Positions 36,386-48,469 are shown, counted from the stretch's first letter. The stretch: 64,000 bases of DNA from Octopus sinensis (GCF_006345805.1 NC_043006.1:53754001-53818000); one strand, 5' to 3'. The notes: generated from the sequence alone by a model not told the origin. Numbers and translations: made by a program.

Positions 36386-37778
36386 TCTCATAGCAGAATC
36401 ACTACCGGAACTAGAAAAGAAATTTCGGGTGTGAAAGCAAGGGTTAGAATCAAAGGGCCTTAGAGTAAATGTAGCAAAGACCAAAGTTATAGTAAGCAGA
36501 AAGGCGAACTCAGCATACACCCCTTCGGGCAGGTGGCCCTGCTCGATCTGTAGGAAAGGTGTAGGTAGAAACTCCATAAGATGCACCTAGTGTAAGCTAT
36601 GGACGCATAAGAGGTGCAGCAACATCAAAGGGAAATTAACTGATAAGATAGCTTTCATGTGCGGCAGATGCACAGGGACAATAGACACCACAGATACTCA
36701 GAAAACAGATTCCATCACACTCCAGGGGGAGAAACTAGAAGTAGTTCATAGTTTCCGCTACCTGGGTGACCAAGTTAGTAGTGGAGGTGATGCTCAGAGG
36801 GTGTCACCACTAGAATACGAATAGCCTGGGCAAAGTTCAGAAAGCTCCTACCCCTACTGGCAACAAAGGGTCTCTCACTCAAAGTGAAAGGTAGATTGTA
36901 TGATGCATGTGTGCGAACTGCCATGCTTCATGGTAGTGAAACATGGGCTGTGACTGCAGAGGACATGCGTAGACTTGAAAGGAATGAAGCTAGCATGATC
37001 CGCTGGATGTGTAATGTCAGTGTGCGCGCACGACAGAGGGTAAGCACCCTGAGAGAAATGCTGGACATAAGAAACATCAGATATGGTGTGCAAGAGCGAC
37101 GCTTGCGATGGTATGGTCATGTACTGCGGATGGATGAGGAGAGATGTGTGAAGAAGTGCCACTCCCAAACAGTTGAAGGTATCAGGGGGAGAGGTAGACC
37201 CCGGAAGACATGGGATGAGGTAGTCAAGCATGACCTCAGAGCGTTGGGCCTCACTGAGGCAATAGCAAAGGACCGAGATCTCTGGAGATATGCTGTGACT
37301 GCAAAGACCCGGGCTGCTTCCTGCACCAGTTCCGCATAGCCCCTGCCCATTCAAAGTACCTTGGATTCCAGAACATCCCGCTGTGCTTGAGGAGACCTGT
37401 TGAGTCAAGTACATGAACATCGAAATAAATATCAATGGAAATAGTAGTTGTGATACCCATGCCGGTGGCACATAAAAACCACCATCCGAACGTGGCCGAT
37501 GCCAGCGCTGCCTCGACCGGCTCCAGTGCCGGTGGCACATAAAAAGCACTAACCGATCGTGGCCGATGCTGGACCCCCCTGGCACCTGTGCAGGTGGCAC
37601 GTAAAAAGCACCCACTACACTCGCAGAGTGGTTGGCGTTAGGAAGGGCATCCACTTGTAGAAACTCTGCCAGATCAGACTGGAACCTGGTGCAGCCCCTG
37701 GCTTCCCAGACCCCGGTCGAACCATCCAACCCGTGCTAGCGTGGAAAACGGACGTTAAACGATGATGATGATGATGAT
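36384..37778 (+). mobile_element. RTE-clade LINE, 5'-truncated, with 3' UTR and (GAT)n tail
   Basis: ALIAESLPELEKKF..KQGLESKGLRVNVAKTKV, PHD finger, FRYLG, LHGSETW, RRLRWYGHVLRM and RGRGRPRKTW. Confidence 0.93.
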
Positions 37779-37844
37779 AATGATATATAAAACATTAACA
37801 GAATGAGAAAAAAATCCAAGATTTCAGAACATTTATAAAAAGAA

Positions 37845-37893
37845 GGTCTTACAGCTGTTTCCAGGATATTTTATATATCCCTTCATTGGAGAT
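37845..37893 (-). ncRNA. Decayed hammerhead-like motif (probable pLTR remnant)
   Basis: Minus strand ATCT-CCAATGA-AGGGATA-loop-TATCCTG-GAAA-CAGCTG-TA-AGAC. Stem III is the palindrome ACAGCTGT; the core has two mismatches. Confidence 0.45.
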
Positions 37894-37946
37894 GGTGCGA
37901 GAGAATGGTTAAGCAATAGTTATTCTAGAGAAGATATGAAATAAAA

Positions 37947-38311
37947 AGTGAAGTGGAGGAATGAAAACAGACATGAGATATGCAGGGATATTGTATCTGC
38001 AGTTCTATTATTTAAGCAGAATGGTATACATATAAGTTATATGTACACCATATATATATATATATATCATTTTCTTGTCACATGATAAAACAGATCATGT
38101 GATTAAACATCACCAATTGAAAAACACTGTGAACTTTTTTACTAACCCAATATTTTTCATTTAATGTTTGGGGTAGAGATCTTTCCTCTATCTATGCCGA
38201 CCCAATGTTGTTACCATATAACGTATATGTATACCATTCTGCTTAAATAATGAAACTGCAGATACAATATCCCTGCATATCTCGCATCTGTTTGTATTCC
38301 TCCACTTCACT
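37947..38311. repeat. 97-bp inverted repeat arms around a ~170-bp spacer
   Basis: 37947-38043 is the reverse complement of 38215-38311 with scattered mismatches. Confidence 0.88.
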
Positions 38312-38733
38312 CTCTATGTGGAAATTGGCAAAAATCGACATTTCTAAATTACCCCCACCCCCATTTCCTTCATTTTTAACCTTTTTTCAGAATTTTTTTT
38401 TCAAAATATGCAGAAAAATACGGAGATTATGATTCTCAAAACAATTTCCAAAAATCTTTGTAAAATATTTCTTTTAGAATTTTTTTTTCCTAAATATGCG
38501 GAAAAAATTTCAAAATATTTCTGTAATTACAGTTTTAGGGTTAGTGTTGGGGAAAAAGTCAAAATTGAAGAAGTTGGTGGGAAAGTGGGGAAAAAAATTT
38601 CACAATACCGATATTTGGCAATTTTCCAGAACTTCCGTATCCAAAATCGGAGATTTATGGCAAAAAAAAAAAAAATTAAAATAAACAAATTTGTGAGAAA
38701 ATGGGGCAGGGAGGACGGGCAGAAGTCATTCCC
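38312..38733. mobile_element. MITE related to 21024-21535, opposite orientation, one end lost
   Basis: Shared AAAATATGCGGAAAAA/ACGGAGATTATG motifs, TTTTAGGGTTAG and terminal GGGCAGAAGTCATTCC. Confidence 0.65.
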
Positions 38734-38774
38734 AAATATTAGTACAATTAACAGTTGTAAATATTGTTTTGCAG

Positions 38775-39002
38775 CAGTCAACAGCTAATCAGGAAGAATC
38801 TCAAAAGAAAACTGACTACGAATTATTTTTTGAATTGTCAATTACTGACCACAAAATCCTACATGAGTTTGTGAATGGCCAAACCAACTTTGATGATGTT
38901 GTAGAAGTATTGTCACATATGGTCAAAGATATAACACCTTTTAATAGTAATTATAGTGGCTCAACTTACTTCAGAGAATATTTTGTGGACTCAGTTGAAA
39001 TG
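38775..39002 (+). CDS. CLCC1: CLCC1-like coding exon 3 (QSTANQEE...FREYFVDSVEM)
   Basis: TTTTGCAG| and ATG|GTATGT, 228 bp. DYELFFELS..HKILHEFVNG...DDVVEVLSHMV resembles the CLCC1 luminal segment. Confidence 0.82.
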
Positions 39003-39685
39003 GTATGTATTTTTTTCAGATCCTTCCAGATGTTTTATGCTATAAACATTTTCTTTTTCATCATTGAGTACAAACAGAGACTGAAAGATTACCTATTAGA
39101 AGAATGGATGAAAATAAATGACAATGGTTTATTATTATGATAGTTGGATAGCAGGACTTGAGTATTGTGTGAATGATAAAAAAGAAAGGAGTTCCATTGG
39201 CCACAATAATTTTTGTAATTAGTTAATAATAGCGAAAGAGCAGCATCCATGGCCTTCTTCATGACTTTTGTGAGTAACAGGAGAATGGGTGCAAGCTACT
39301 CTCAGACCTAAGACCAACCTAAATGACTGCAACAAAGGGGACTCTGCTAAAACCACCCATGGTCCAGGTGGTGATGTTAAGCTGAGCTATTAAGTCTACC
39401 AGCTGCTAAGAAGAAGAAAGGTCCCTTCGGCAGGGTTCTACACAGTTTCTGTCTATTAAATTTGACTTTGTGAAGTTGAAGCGATAGCTGGAGATACTTA
39501 CCTGATGTACAGTGCAGTTGGACTGAACTTGAAATCATATAGTTGTGAAACAAACTTAACCACATGGTCATGCCTGCACATGTAAGGAGTTGGGGTATTG
39601 ACAGAAAACATGGAAGAATAGAAGAGAATTCAACAAGCCAAAACAATTAGAATGAGGGATTGTATGTAATGTATTGTAAGGGACA

Positions 39686-39809
39686 ATATAGCTCACTGAG
39701 GACTGGTGTGATAGTATGACTCACTAAGGACAAGTGTGACAGTATGGCTTACTAAGGTCAGGTGTGACGATATGGCTCACTGGGGACAAGTGTGACTGGC
39801 TTGGCTCAG
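39686..39809. repeat. 28-bp minisatellite, 4 copies plus a partial copy
   Basis: Consensus approximately RTATGGCTCACTRAGGACAAGTGTGACA. Confidence 0.85.
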
Positions 39810-40823
39810 AAAAGTGAAGGTTTGAGTCATTGTCTTCATCTTGAGATGTTGATTTCTTCTCTTAGCTCTATGTTGTAAAGTTGCGTGTTACTTCTGCCTA
39901 GTGGGTTTGTTTATACAAAGCTCAGCCTTGATTAAACAAATGATGAAAAACATTCCATGTCATTTTATATATCAAGGATTACATTGTTCAGTGTGATGGT
40001 TGCTATACCTTGCTGTAAAGTGACCATATATAGGATCTATAGGAGATAATTACACGTTGTTAATTACAGGATATAACTTGGTGCTTGGTTTAGAAGCAGG
40101 TTAATATTAGATCGTCTAAAGCACAACATGAAAGAAAGAAAACCTTCAGTTGTCCTTATTAATGAAGAAAGATTCATTTTCCTTCGTTAAAATAAACTTT
40201 ATGATACACGCGTCAGAAGTGTGGCGGTCTACAACTACAACACACCAACAGTATGAAACAAGTAGAGGAGGGAGCCTCTACATAGTCACTTGAGTTGCTG
40301 GCAATAACAATCAAATCTCCCTCAAATCATACCCAACCGTCTTTAAAAAAAATTACACTTGTAGTCATGTATATACAAAGAGAGATTGAGCAAAGCTGGA
40401 ATGCCTTTGATCGCAGGGCTAACGTGGAATTAAGCAACAAAAGAACAAAAACAACCAGCAATGAATATCTATAATTCTTGGTTGTCTGATGTAAAATGGT
40501 GGTGGTTTCCAGAGAAATCTGTTATTTGCTTATAAAAATAAAAAAAAAAAAAACATAAATAAAACTAAAGTAATCTAAGGGAGACAACTTGCACTTCAAA
40601 TATGAAATAGCTGATTACTTGACTTTTTTAAAAAGAAAATAAACACAAGTACAAGTTCGTTTTTTAACAGAAAAATTTTTAAACTTCCCATAGACTGCTT
40701 TTTGTTTCATTAATTTTTTTAATTACCTTTTCGTTTCTTGATCATCGTTTTTGCAGAGAGACATACTAACAAGATGATTTACGTCTTGGTTCAAAAAATT
40801 ACGATTTTAATAACATTTCAAGT

Positions 40824-41275
40824 CATCATCATCATCATCATCATTTAACGTCCGCTTTCCATGCTAGCATGGGTTGGACGGTTCAACTGGGGTCTGGGGA
40901 GCCCGAAGGCTGCACCAGGCCAGTCAGATCTGGCAGTGTTTCTACAGCTGGATGCCCTTCCTAACGCCAACCACTCCGAGAGTGTAGTGGGTGATTTTAT
41001 GTGCCACCGACACAGGTGCCAGACGAGGCTGGCGAACGGCCACGCTCGGATGGTGTTTTTATGTGCCACCGACACAGGTGCCAGACGAAGCTGGCGAACG
41101 GCCACGCTCGGATGGTGTTTTTATGTGCCACCGACACAGGTGCCAGACAAGGCTAGCAGACGACCACACTCGGATGGTGTTTTTATGTGCCACCGACACA
41201 GGTGCCAGACGAGGCTAGCAGACGACCACGCTCGGATGGTGTTTTTATGTGCCACCGACACAGGTGCCAGACAAG
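40824..41275 (-). mobile_element. RTE 3' tail with a 62-bp tandem array
   Basis: GTGCCACC recurs at 41001, 41063, 41125, 41187 and 41249. Confidence 0.9.
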
Positions 41276-41360
41276 TATCAGATATTTATCTTCATCATTA
41301 TCATTTACTGTTCATTGATATATATATATATATGTATGTATCTTTTTTTTTTTTTTGCAG

Positions 41361-41495
41361 TGTTTTCTTGTTGCTGTATGTGTGATAATAGCCACCACTT
41401 TCCTGTTTAACTTGTTTACAGCAAAAAGGATCTCGAAACTTATAGTAGTGACGTTTTTTATCAATATTATGTGGAATTGGTTCTATCTGTATGAG
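41361..41495 (+). CDS. CLCC1: CLCC1-like coding exon 4 (transmembrane segments; CFLVAVCV...IMWNWFYLYE)
   Basis: (T)nGCAG| and GAG|GTAATA, 135 bp. WNWFYLY matches the CLCC1 WNWMYLY motif. Confidence 0.9.
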
Positions 41496-41754
41496 GTAAT
41501 ATATTTCATGATTAATACTTGTAAACTATTATATTGCATGTGTGTGTGTAGGTGATGGCTGTATGTGAATGTGTGTGTATGTGTTTGGAAATGTGAATAT
41601 GTGTGAGCATACATGTTTTCTGCAACTGTATGTTATAAATTTATGGTGTATGTATCTTTGTCCAGCGACTCACATGTACCTTGTCTCTTTTGCATCATTA
41701 TTTATTTTCAAATATTATTATTATTTTTATTATTATTATTATTATTATTATTAG

Positions 41755-42160
41755 GTGGTGAGCTGGCAGAATCGTTAGCACACCGGGCAAAATCAGTGTA
41801 TCCTAAGTTCAAATTCCACCAAGGTCAACTTTGCCTTTCATCCTTTTGGGATTGATGAAATAAGTACCAGTTACAGACTGGGGTTGATGTAATCGACTTG
41901 CCCCTTCTGCCGAAATTTCAGGCCTTGTGCTTATAGAAGAAAGGATTATTATTATTATTATTATTAGGATGATGAGTTGGCAGAATCATTAGCACAGTGG
42001 GAAAAATGTTTAGCAGCATCTTGTCCATCTTTACTTTCTGAGTTCAAATTCCACAAAGGTTAACTTTGCCTTTCATTCTTTCAGGGTCAATAAAATAAGT
42101 ACCAGTTGATTACTGAGGTCAATGTAATTGACTTTCAAATTTCCCCAAACTTGCTGGCTC
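41755..42160 (+). mobile_element. Two tandem degenerate SINE family B copies separated by (ATT)n
   Basis: GGTGAGCTGGCAGAATCGTTAGC at 41755 and GATGAGTTGGCAGAATCATTAGC near 41970. Confidence 0.7.
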
Positions 42161-42219
42161 TCATGGATTTCATATGGAATTTGCTCAAATGCTTAGCTAT
42201 ATTTAATTTATGAAATAAC

Positions 42220-42550
42220 AGAAGAATTTCAATGCACTTGTCATTGCCGCACGGAGGCAATGACAAATGACTGAGACCTTTGATGATATGCCATGCTTAA
42301 GAAGACCCATCAAACCAAGTGAAATCACAGTTGTGTCTGATGCCAGTGTCACGTAACTTGCCACCTGTGCCGGTGGCACATGAAAAAGCACCCATTACAC
42401 TCTTGGAATGTTTGGCATTAGGAAGAACATCCAGCTATAGAAACCGTGCCAAATCAGATTGGAACCTGGTGCAGCCCTCCAGCATACCAGTTTCAATCAA
42501 ACCATCTAACCCATGTTAACATAGAAAGCAGATGCTAAATAATGATGATG
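42220..42550 (+). mobile_element. RTE 3' tail, degenerate
   Basis: GGTGGCACATGAAAAAGCACCC...GGCATTAGGAAGAACATCC...TAAATAATGATGATG. Confidence 0.7.
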
Positions 42551-43911
42551 TCTATATACAAAAGATTACAGCTCATTTCCCTTCATGGTATAAAGTTAAT
42601 TAAAGGTTACCTTGAGCATGTAAGTCCATTGGACTGGTTTCCATTACATATAAGCAACAAAGAGTACAGGGCTCTTTCCTGAGTGGGATGCTATTCCACT
42701 ACAAGATTAATCCTCACCCCAACCCCCAAATACTCCTGGCACTCATTTCAGCAGAGTAAATGCCTTGCTCAAGAACACAACATACCACCTGGTCCAGGAA
42801 TTGAACCCATGACTTTGTGATTGTGAGCCCAACACTGTAAGCATTAAGCAACATGTCTTCACTTATGGCATCATCATCATCATCACCCTATAACATCTGT
42901 TTTCCATGCTGGCATGGGTTGACATACAAACCAAATTTTGTTTCAAATCTTAGCACAAGACCAGCAGTTTTAGGAATGGGAGCAAGTCAATTACATTGAC
43001 CCCAGTGTTCAACTGGTACTTACCTTATCAACCACAAAAGGATGAAAGGCAAAGGTGATCTTGCCAGAATTTGAACTCCAAATATAAAGATCCAGAAGAA
43101 ATGCAGTTAAGCATTTCATCCCACGTGCTGACAAGTCTACCAGCTCCCACCTTTTATCTTACAAGTATTATTAACTCTTTTCTCCTAATGTTGACTATCA
43201 CTAAGTTTTGTTTAACTTTATAAAGTTAGATGATTTTCCTTAGTTTATAATTTAATCGGTCTTCATGGTGGGGATAATGAAGTTCTCATATTCGCACAAA
43301 ATCGCAATGAGTATTTCTACTATGCACCTCTATATAGAGTGGCTATTGAGAAAACTCAACAGGAAGACCCTGTTAGGTCAAGCATCCAGTCAATTTGACA
43401 CTGTATTTAAATTATACCTTTTCTGTTGCTACTGTTGTTGCAGTTGTTTAGCCCCAGGCCAGTTCTGAGATTTAGCATGCTTATGTCAAAGGCATTCCAA
43501 CCATGGCCAATCAAGCTTTTTTTTCTTTTTCAGACAGTGTACCTATTTGTTAAGATAGTAGATGCGATTTGAGAGATATTTGGCTCTTATTTCTAATTGA
43601 TCAAGTGACCACAGACTCTCTCATTGGCTGGTGCCTAGTTTGTCAACATGGTATTTATTTTGTCATTCATAAATAAAGAAAACTATAAGTTGAATCACGC
43701 AGAATTTGAACTCCCAAGTCATAACTCCAAACTTCCTAGCAGCAAATATTAATTCTGGCATGCTTATCTCTGTGGAAAATCTCAACCAAGCAGTAATCTG
43801 TAATATCTTAAATTTAACAATCCCATTTGATCATAATCAAAATTTTAATTTTACAATTCTTTACTATTAACAATTGCTACTTTTAATTGACATTTATATC
43901 TGTATTTTCAG

Positions 43912-44088
43912 GAGGAAAAAGCAAAAACTTATCATGCTTTGCAACAAGGACCTCCTAAAGGCTGTGTAAGGGATGACAAGTCTTTTAAAACACTGCTTGT
44001 AGAATGGTTTTCAGTTCAAAAAGATGAATGTCTAACATATCTAGTTTATGTTGATATAAGTCCGTTTTTCAGAGTACGCCCTTACGAG
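43912..44088 (+). CDS. CLCC1: CLCC1-like coding exon 5 (EEKAKTYH...DECLTYLVYVDISPFFRVRPYE)
   Basis: TTTTCAG| and GAG|GTATGT, 177 bp. Aligns by eye to CLCC1 C...WEWF...[21 protein letters not shown]. Confidence 0.88.
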
Positions 44089-44149
44089 GTATGTATATTA
44101 TTTCATAGTCTTTGGATGGGTTGAATTTTTTCTTGAGAATATCTTTTAC

Positions 44150-45117
44150 TTTTTACTTGTTTCAGTTATTAGACTGTGGCCATACTGGGGCACCGCCTTG
44201 AAGTTTAGTCAAATGAATCAACCCCTGTACTTTTTTTTTATGCCTGGTATTTATTCTATCAATCACTTTTGCCAAACCACTAAAATATGGGAATGTAAAC
44301 ACACCAACACCAGTTATCAAGCAGTGGTTGAGGGCAAACACAGGCACAAGACACATACACACTCACATATGCACATGATGAGCTTCTTTCAGTTTTTGTC
44401 TATCAAAACACTCACGAAACTATGGTCTGACCAAAGCTATAGTAGAAGGACTGTTGCAATAAGTGCGTAAATCTGAGAGGGGAATATGTTGAATAAAATC
44501 ATAATTAACCGATTCTCCTGCATTTTCTTTAACCCAAAGCCAAGAACTTTTCAGCAGCCCCCCTCCCCCACGTATATATACATGCGTGTCTGTATGTGGG
44601 TGTGTTAGCATTTGTTCTCACCACCATTGCTTGACAACCTGTGTTGGTTTGATTATGTCTCCATAACTTAACAGTTTGGCAAAAGTAACTGATAGAATAA
44701 ATAAAAAGAAAAAAGTACTGGTGTTTATTTATTTAACAACATGGTGGTGCCTCACCATGGCTGCAGTCCAACAAAACAAGTAAAAGAAATGGTAAAACTT
44801 AATCCCCTTTATAAAATGCATAAACCTTAAAGCATTTCATGTTCCAAATCTGACCCCTTAGAGTAATCTTTTATCATTTATTTGTTTCAGTCATTACACT
44901 GCGGCGAGGCTAGGGCACTATCTTGAAGAAATCTTAAGCAAACAAATCAACCCCTGAACTTCTTTTTTTCTTTCTTTCATTAAGCCTCGTACTTATTCTA
45001 TCTTTTTGTTTTGCCAAACTGCTAGGTCACAGGCATAAACAGGCCAACACTGGTTGTCAGATACTGGTGGGGAACAAAAATAGTTACAGAGACACACACA
45101 CATACAGATGTGTATGA

Positions 45118-45130
<13 letters not shown>
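44150..45130. mobile_element. Cluster of three old SINE family A copies in both orientations
   Basis: Minus copy at about 44150-44470, plus copy at about 44580-44790, minus copy at about 44880-45110. Confidence 0.65.
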
Positions 45131-45152
<22 letters not shown>

Positions 45153-45998
45153 CTAGCAGAATTGCCCAGCGTTGCTCGGGGCTGAATTGCTTGAAAGTAC
45201 TGTTAATGATTGCACTGAATGATGATGATTATTCAGGCAAATATTGATATAAGTCTACGGTGGGAGATAAGGACTTAACGATAAAACGTGTGCCATTGCA
45301 TTGTTTTGGGGGAACCAAATTTCTGATGAGCATTATAGGGGCACCAACTTTAAGTTTGAGAAAGTGTGGTGGTAGTCCGGGGTGCTCAAAGGAATTGAGT
45401 ACCTCTATTGGATAGTTGATGACGTCCTCTGGGTCAGGAGTTGTATCGATAGACTGATATACATAGACTTCCCCAGGAATGAGTTTTAGCATTTCATCAT
45501 TAATATGGTGAACAGTTTTATTCCTCGGGGCCAGTATAGCCTTTTTTCCAATCCAATCCATATTCTGATAATTAGCTTGTAGATCTGGGAACACTGCATC
45601 TCTGAGATCAGAAGGCGTCTTAACAATGGTACAAATGGAATCGATGGCAACATTACCATTTTCATCCCCTGGTATTTTGCCTTCGCCAAGTGCAAGGAGG
45701 GTGTGAGGAAATGCTGCTGATGTGATATTACGTCGCATATGAGCACGCATATTGGTGTGAAGTTTGAGAGTTACTTCCCTTTATTTAAAAAAATATGCAT
45801 CAAAATGGAAAAAAATGATGGTAAATTATTTGTAAAATCATAGACTCATCGTAGACGCGCGCTAATACCCAGAAGGGCTCAATATGAATCACGACTATAA
45901 GATACCCGGTTTTGGTTAAACTGCATTGCAAAATGTGGGAGTAGTTAGGAATCTAAATCGGAGTAGACAGATACACAACCTTTCTTTTATATATAAAT
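45153..45998 (-). mobile_element. Helitron deletion derivative with PIF1-like helicase fragment
   Basis: 3' CCCGAGCAACGCTGGG...CTAG. ORF 45229-45750 contains AILAPRN, YQSID, YPIEVLNS...PGLPPH.LKLKVGAPIMLIRNL and CNGTR. The 5' part is shared with 27228-27626. Confidence 0.92.
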
Positions 45999-46003
45999 AT
46001 TTT

Positions 46004-46510
46004 CGTCCTAAAAAACTTTGTATGGATTGAATGGTTACCTCTATGGAAATATATACACGCACATTATACATACATGTGTGTATAGATGAATATATAAATA
46101 CATTTAAATATCTATATACACTTTTGGGCGATCTTTCTTTTTCTTAGAGATAACTTTAGATCTTATATTCGTCCTAAAAAACTTTGTATGGAGTGAAAGG
46201 TTACCTCTATGGAAATATATACACACACATTATACATACATCTGTGTATAGATGAATATATAAATACATTTAAATATCTATATACACTTTTGGGTGATCT
46301 TTCTTTTTCTTAGAGATAACTTTAGATCTTATATTCGTCCTAAAAAACTTTGTATGGAGTGAAAGGTTACCTCTATGGAAATATATACACACACATTATA
46401 CATACATGTGTGTATAGATGAATATATAAATACATTTAAATATCTATATACACTTTTGGGCGATCTTTCTGCTACTTGGATATAGGTCTTATATTCGTCG
46501 TAAAAAACTT
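46004..46510. repeat. 166-bp tandem array (3 units plus the start of a fourth)
   Basis: CGTCCTAAAAAACTTTG at 46004, 46170 and 46336; CGTCGTAAAAAACTTT at 46496. Confidence 0.93.
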
Positions 46511-46769
46511 TCCTGTCACACACTCACGCACACGCACACACACACACACACGCATCCTCACACACGCACACACTCACACACACGCACACACACACGTTAG
46601 CTTACGATTTTATTTATATATTTGCGTGTCTATGTGTGTAAAGAGGAAGTGGGAATGTAGAGTGAAAGAGTCACTCACTACAGAAAGTGAATTACTTTCA
46701 CTTTATTCATTGCACACTGTGTGTGTGCGTTTGCATGTGCTGTATCCCACACTAAGAGAAGCATTTAAC

Positions 46770-46962
46770 TCATACACCACAATGTGAGTTTTCTCTAAAT
46801 TTTGCTTAATTGGGGTTGAAATTTTAAAAAGTGGACCTGGCACGACCCGATGCATTCTACTCTTAAAAATGCTAGGTAAATTGTAATTGAAGAAATCCTA
46901 TATTGTAGATTTCTATAAGTGACAAAGGGAGGCAGATAAAATCTGCCTTTTATAATAAGAGA
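46770..46962 (-). mobile_element. Helitron-like 5' end
   Basis: Minus strand starts ATCTCTTATTATAAAAGGCAG, similar to the 5' end at 56041. Confidence 0.5.
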
Positions 46963-46964
46963 TA

Positions 46965-48240
46965 CGAGGGGCGTTCAATAAGTAATGCCCCTGACCCACT
47001 TCCCATAGCAGTAGAGCAACGAAACTTGGCACAGTTATTAGTCTTTTTCTACATAGGAACCACCCAGAGTTACGCGTTTCTCCCGTCGTTTGATGCGGCT
47101 CTGGAGACCGTTTTTGTAGAAGAACCCAGCTTGGTCCTCCAACCTCAACGTGACTTCAGAAATCAAGGCTGCATCATCTGGGAAACGCTTTCCTTTCAAA
47201 AACAACTTCATGATTGGGAAGAGGTGAAAATCAGAGGGTGCAAGATCAGGAAAGTATGGGGAGGAGTTCATAGCCATACGCCTGTGCTTCTGATCTGGCG
47301 ACAAGCGAGTTGTGGACCAGAGCGTTGTCCTGCAGGAGGATGCCTTTGCTGATCTTGCCCCGCCTCTTGATTTTGATAACTTCTCTTAATTTCCTCAAAA
47401 GTGAAGCATAATAGGCTCCTGCAATTGTGGTACCCTTTGCCAGGAAGTCTGTCATCACTACTCCGTCCTGGTCCCAGAAGACTGTGAGCATGACCTTGCC
47501 AGCGGAGGGCTGCACCCTTGCCTTCTTTGGAGGGGGTGAGTCACGGTGCTTCCACTGCATTGACTGGGATTTGGTCTCTGGATCATCGTGATGAACCCAG
47601 GTTTCATCCTGTGTAATCAGTCTTTTGAAAAATTTTGACTCATCTTCTTGGCACATCTCCAAATTCACCCTCGAGCACTCGACGCGTTCTTGCTTCTGGA
47701 AAGGCGTGAGCAACCTGGGAATCCATCTGGCAGACACCTTTTGCATATGCAAATGGTCATGAATGATAGTTTCCACAGACCCGGTACTAATCTTGACCTC
47801 ATGGGCTATTTGGCGAATAATTATGCGTTGATCTTCCAAAATGGCAGCCTCAACTTGACAGACAGATGCCTCATCAATGGCAGAAGGGGGCGACCAGATC
47901 TGGGAGCTGTTTCCACAGAGTTCCGACCATGTTTGAATTCACGATGCCAGCGTTTTACAAGGTCATATGATGGGGCATCATCACCATAAGTTACTTTCAT
48001 TTCATCAAAAGTCTCCCGTGGTGTGCGTCCTTTCAAATACAAAAACCGGATCACTGCTCGACACAGGCTCCATTTCACACTTGACTCGGTTCAAACACCT
48101 GTAAATCAGAAACCACAATTAATTCAGATCTGTAATTTGCCACTTACTCTATAGAGATATAAATGATTGCACATGCAAATTTTCAGCTAGATCAAACAAC
48201 TGCAAGTGGGTCAGAGGCATTACTTATTGAACGTCCCTCG
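46965..48240 (-). mobile_element. Full-length mariner (irritans/Himar1-like), 1276 bp, frameshifted transposase
   Basis: TIRs CGAGGGGCGTTCAATAAGTAATGCC with TA TSD; WIPRLL, ITQDETW, QDNA and YFPDLAPSDFHLF motifs. Confidence 0.96.
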
Positions 48241-48469
48241 TATATATATGATTCGCTACTACTCAATGAACGAGAACGTGAAACTCTGAATAGCAGTTTT
48301 TTGTGATATTTTTGCAGCTTTAATAATAAAGTATGTATACACACACACACACACACACACACACATATGTATATATCATTGAGGACCCATCATGGCAAAG
48401 TGGCTGAGTGAAACACACGCTGTGACTGCTGAGGACATGCATAGGCTTGTAAGAAATGAAGCTAGTATG

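Noticed and set aside
37440-37660. CRISPR-like repeat-spacer pattern
   Set aside because: The same linkers occur in other RTE copies, the context is a eukaryotic LINE 3' UTR and there are no cas genes. These are diverged tandem units.
36875-37729. 284-aa minus-strand ORF
   Set aside because: Antisense shadow of the RTE ORF and 3' UTR.
39003-39140. In-frame extension of ORF 38769-39140 beyond the exon 3 donor
   Set aside because: The strong GTATGT donor at 39003 gives the correct phase to the next exon; the extension ends in a stop and is treated as intron.
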